Source: Stylophora pistillata (lineage: Eukaryota). From it: DNA of 64,000 nucleotides. Positions 61,041 to 64,000 of the stretch are shown here, piece after piece. The notes below the pieces were generated by a model. The model did no database searches and was not told the origin of the DNA. It saw nothing but the letters and a program-made list of their open reading frames with translations. The translations under genes and the position numbers were made by a program. How positions within the stretch are numbered: the first letter of the stretch is position 1; every line of letters starts with the position of its first letter. The stretch is taken from NCBI RefSeq assembly GCF_002571385.2, contig NW_019217946.1:295427-359426 (forward strand), given 5' to 3'.

Positions 61041-63645
61041 TGGCGGCAAGTAAGTAAGACGTGCTACGTCGACTCATGCGGAAGTTCAGGATTTACTGAA
61101 AGCCAGCCGAGTTTGGAGCGCCACTACACATTTAGAGAGTTAAAGGCCTTGTGGACTGTCTTTCGGTCTACTTTGTGGTTTCTTGGAAGACAATTTGTTG
61201 CCTGAATGAGTGACTGTTGTCTTCGTTTTAATTTGGATAAATTTAACAAGTTCGGTTAGTAGCTTTTATAATGGGGTATGACGAGTATGGAGGATGGCGA
61301 GAGCCAAAAGCGATCAAAAGGATGGACAAAATGGAGTGAGACAATGAAGAAAGATTTGAAGGATTGTAAGAAGAAAGCGCTGCTACTGGCAAATGCAGAA
61401 GAGCCGCCGCGTTCCGATAATGGCCGAAAGCAAGGCTACATGAAGACAATGAAAGATCTTTGGGAGGAGAAAGGATATGAAGACATGGGCTTTACGAGCC
61501 AACATTTACGGGATCAAGCGGCGAAGTTAGAAAAGTCGTTGGGCAATGTGAAAGCTTTGATTTCTGCTTGTGTTGGCTCAAAAGAAATTCAAAATACTAG
61601 TTCTCCTAGAGAGATGACTTTTAATTGCGAAACGAATTTTCAAGATGCTAATTCAAACGAGTCCGTAGATTTGCATACGGTCGACAGAGCTTTAATCCCA
61701 GAGGAACAAGTTAACAGCCTGAAATAAGAGGCACGTGCTTTGGTGGACGTGGCAGCTCCTGTTCTCGCGCGGGTGTACACGCAAGAGGGTGAGTTCATCA
61801 ACCGGGAAATAGACACGAGGATTAAAGAAAAATCTACGATGAACGATCTGGATAATATAAATAAGGTGATAGCTGAGCTAGTGAAGCAGCACAATATGTC
61901 TACGACCGAAGGTCCATTTAGCTACCAGAAGACTGCAAATTGTGTACTATATTCGGTCGTAGCTGCGTTTCTTTTCCAAAGGGTTGGAAAAAGCAGGGTC
62001 CACGAAGACGTGTTAAAGATGACAGAAGCAAGAGGTATTATATGGCTGAGGTGGGAGAGATCAGGAAAAAGATTTCAATTGCAAAGGCTGAGTTGGATCG
62101 TGTGAGAGTCAATGGGAAGTTGACGAAGAAAGGGAAACGGAACAGAACTATTTTACAGGAGGAGTGTAAACACGTCTCGGCGGCGGAGTTAGTAAGTTAT
62201 ATGGAGAAGCAAAGATCACTTCTCAGGAAACTTAAGAGAGGATTTTACCGGAGACAGAAACACGCGGAAGCAAGACGTGTAAATTACCCGTTTAAAGTAG
62301 ACGCGGGTCAGGTTTATGCTTACATGAGAGTCATTGGACAAGGATAAAGAAGACAAGTGCCCGAAGCACACGCCAGTGGATGACAAAAATGAAAATAGAA
62401 AGATGTTTGAGAATATCGTGGAGGCGAGTAGCTTTTGGATACAGCTCTGGAAAAGTCAAGGGACTGGGAATAGAAACGCCCAATAGCTCGAGGATATAGG
62501 GTCTGCAATTTATAGTCGAGTTCCTGCCCCGTCAGAGAAGGCCTGGAAGCTAAACACCGTCGAAGCTACAAGGGTACTAGCAAGGAAAAAGAACTAGAGC
62601 GTCCCGGGTCCAGATAGGTTGACCAACTTTTGGTGGAAAAAGGCACAAGTGCTTCATTGAAGGTGTGACCATGTCGTTTCAGGCTATAGCGAATGTCAAT
62701 GTAGAGTATCCACCCTGGTTCTCTGAAGGAAAAACCACACTACTTCCGAGACCCTGAGAATTCACAAGTGATAACCAGAGGCCGATAAACTTTCTAAATA
62801 CTTTGTACAAGTGGTTCACTTCGTGCATATTAGGACCTGCAAATCAACATCTAGAAACGCATGGTCTAATGGATGGAGCTCAGAGGGGTGCACGCGCAGG
62901 CTGTAGCGGAACCATAGACAATTTACTCATTGACAGAGTTGTGACCTTAGATTGTCAGAGGCGAAAGCGTAATTTGAGTATGGCCTGGATTGACGTCAAA
63001 AAGGCGTACGACTCGGTAGACCATGGTTGGTTGGAAGAGATGATGATCTTGCATAGATTCCCTATCCGGTTGTCAAGGACGGTAGAGAAGTTAAGCAAGG
63101 GCTGGAACACAAGGGTGGTGGCGACAACAAAGCTAGGACGCGAGAGATCTGAGCCAATCAGGTTTCTTAAAGGTCTACCCCAGGGTGATGCTCTCTGTCC
63201 CAGACTCTTCACGGTTTGCTTCAATTCTATTGCGTGGATGATCACTGCCAGTGAGGGCTATAAGCTATCTGAGCCAATTAGTGTAAAGGTAACAGATTTG
63301 CTGTATATTGACGATCTAAAGGTCTTTGCGTCTTCGGAGAGTAAACTAAGCCGTGTTATGGAGTCAACCAAGACTGCAATGGATGATGTCGGACTCCAAT
63401 GGAACCCCAAAAAGTGTGCGGTCGTTCATGCACCGAGAGGGGTATATACCCCTACCCATGACGCCACGGGGCTAAGGGTAGATGAGAATATCTGTATTTC
63501 CAACCTTGAAGAGGGCAATCAGTACAAGTTCTTGGGTGTTTTGGAGACGTTGGGGCAAGAGAAGAGGATGTCGTTGGAAGGCACAGCAAGGACTATCTTC
63601 GCAGAATGTCTTTCATCTGGTCAAGTCCCTTGTCTGATTATCATA
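61040..63645 (+). mobile_element. Decayed RLE-type non-LTR retrotransposon (R4/Dong-like), 3'-truncated
   Basis: Broken single ORF: KQGYMKTMKDLW, PGPDRLTNFWWKK, QRGARAGCSGTIDNLLID, WIDVKKAYDSVDH, GLPQGDALCP, LYIDDLK, YKFLGV. No APE domain; multiple stops and frameshifts. Confidence 0.8.
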
Positions 63646-63929
63646 TCAAACTGTTTCCCCACTGCGATGGACATTTGTTTTTGTCGGTTCCAGCCTGGCG
63701 CGGCCGCTAACCCAGATGCCCTCCTGAGCAAATTTTCAAAATGGCGGNGATGGATGTCTTCCCCTGGGGTGGGATGGGTGGGTGTTGTCTTGCGATTATA
63801 TGAGCCTCTGGCTCGGGCAATATGGGCAACCATGCCCCACGCAAAGACATTAAACTTGATTACAGGAAGTGCAGGAGACGAGACGCATTGCAGCACTTTG
63901 TACAAGCTGAACCTTATCTAATAAGACAG

Positions 63930-64000
63930 ACCTGAGAAAAAATCAGGCTTGTACGGGATTCGAACCACTGACCTCTGCGATACTACTGCAGCGCTCTACC
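63930..64000 (-). mobile_element. tRNA-derived SINE head (runs off window end)
   Basis: Minus strand ggtagagcgctgcagtagtatcgcagaggtcagtGGTTCGAATCCcgtacaagcctgatttttt: B-box and partial A-box, followed by a non-tRNA tail. Confidence 0.6.

Overview
Eukaryotic, intron-containing, AT-rich genomic DNA. The repeat and gene types suggest a cnidarian, probably a stony coral; this is inferred, not proven. Two assembly gaps lie at 40082-40645 and 45684-46604. Hand-spliced gene models give: a small secreted Cys-rich peptide gene with an in-frame TGA; a secreted S1A serine protease; eight same-strand secreted CAP (SCP/PR-1/GAPR-1-like) paralogs (7888-59597); and one antisense class A peptide-type GPCR inside that array. 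The CAP genes share intron positions and a 4-Cys CAP domain, but their disordered N-termini differ strongly. Most carry a ~33-aa Gly/beta-strand motif that I cannot assign to a known domain. Mobile DNA includes a decayed CR1/L2-type LINE with a 2A-like motif, a Penelope fragment with a hammerhead core, an R4/Dong-like retroelement next to a (TAA)n tract, a SINE and a MITE. There is also a decayed Crypton-type tyrosine-recombinase element and two copies of a non-coding element. The Crypton and the longer non-coding copy each carry an internal reverse-complement copy of their own right-end/left-end (circle) junction, a DIRS-ICR-like architecture. All exon boundaries were read by eye and need transcript confirmation.
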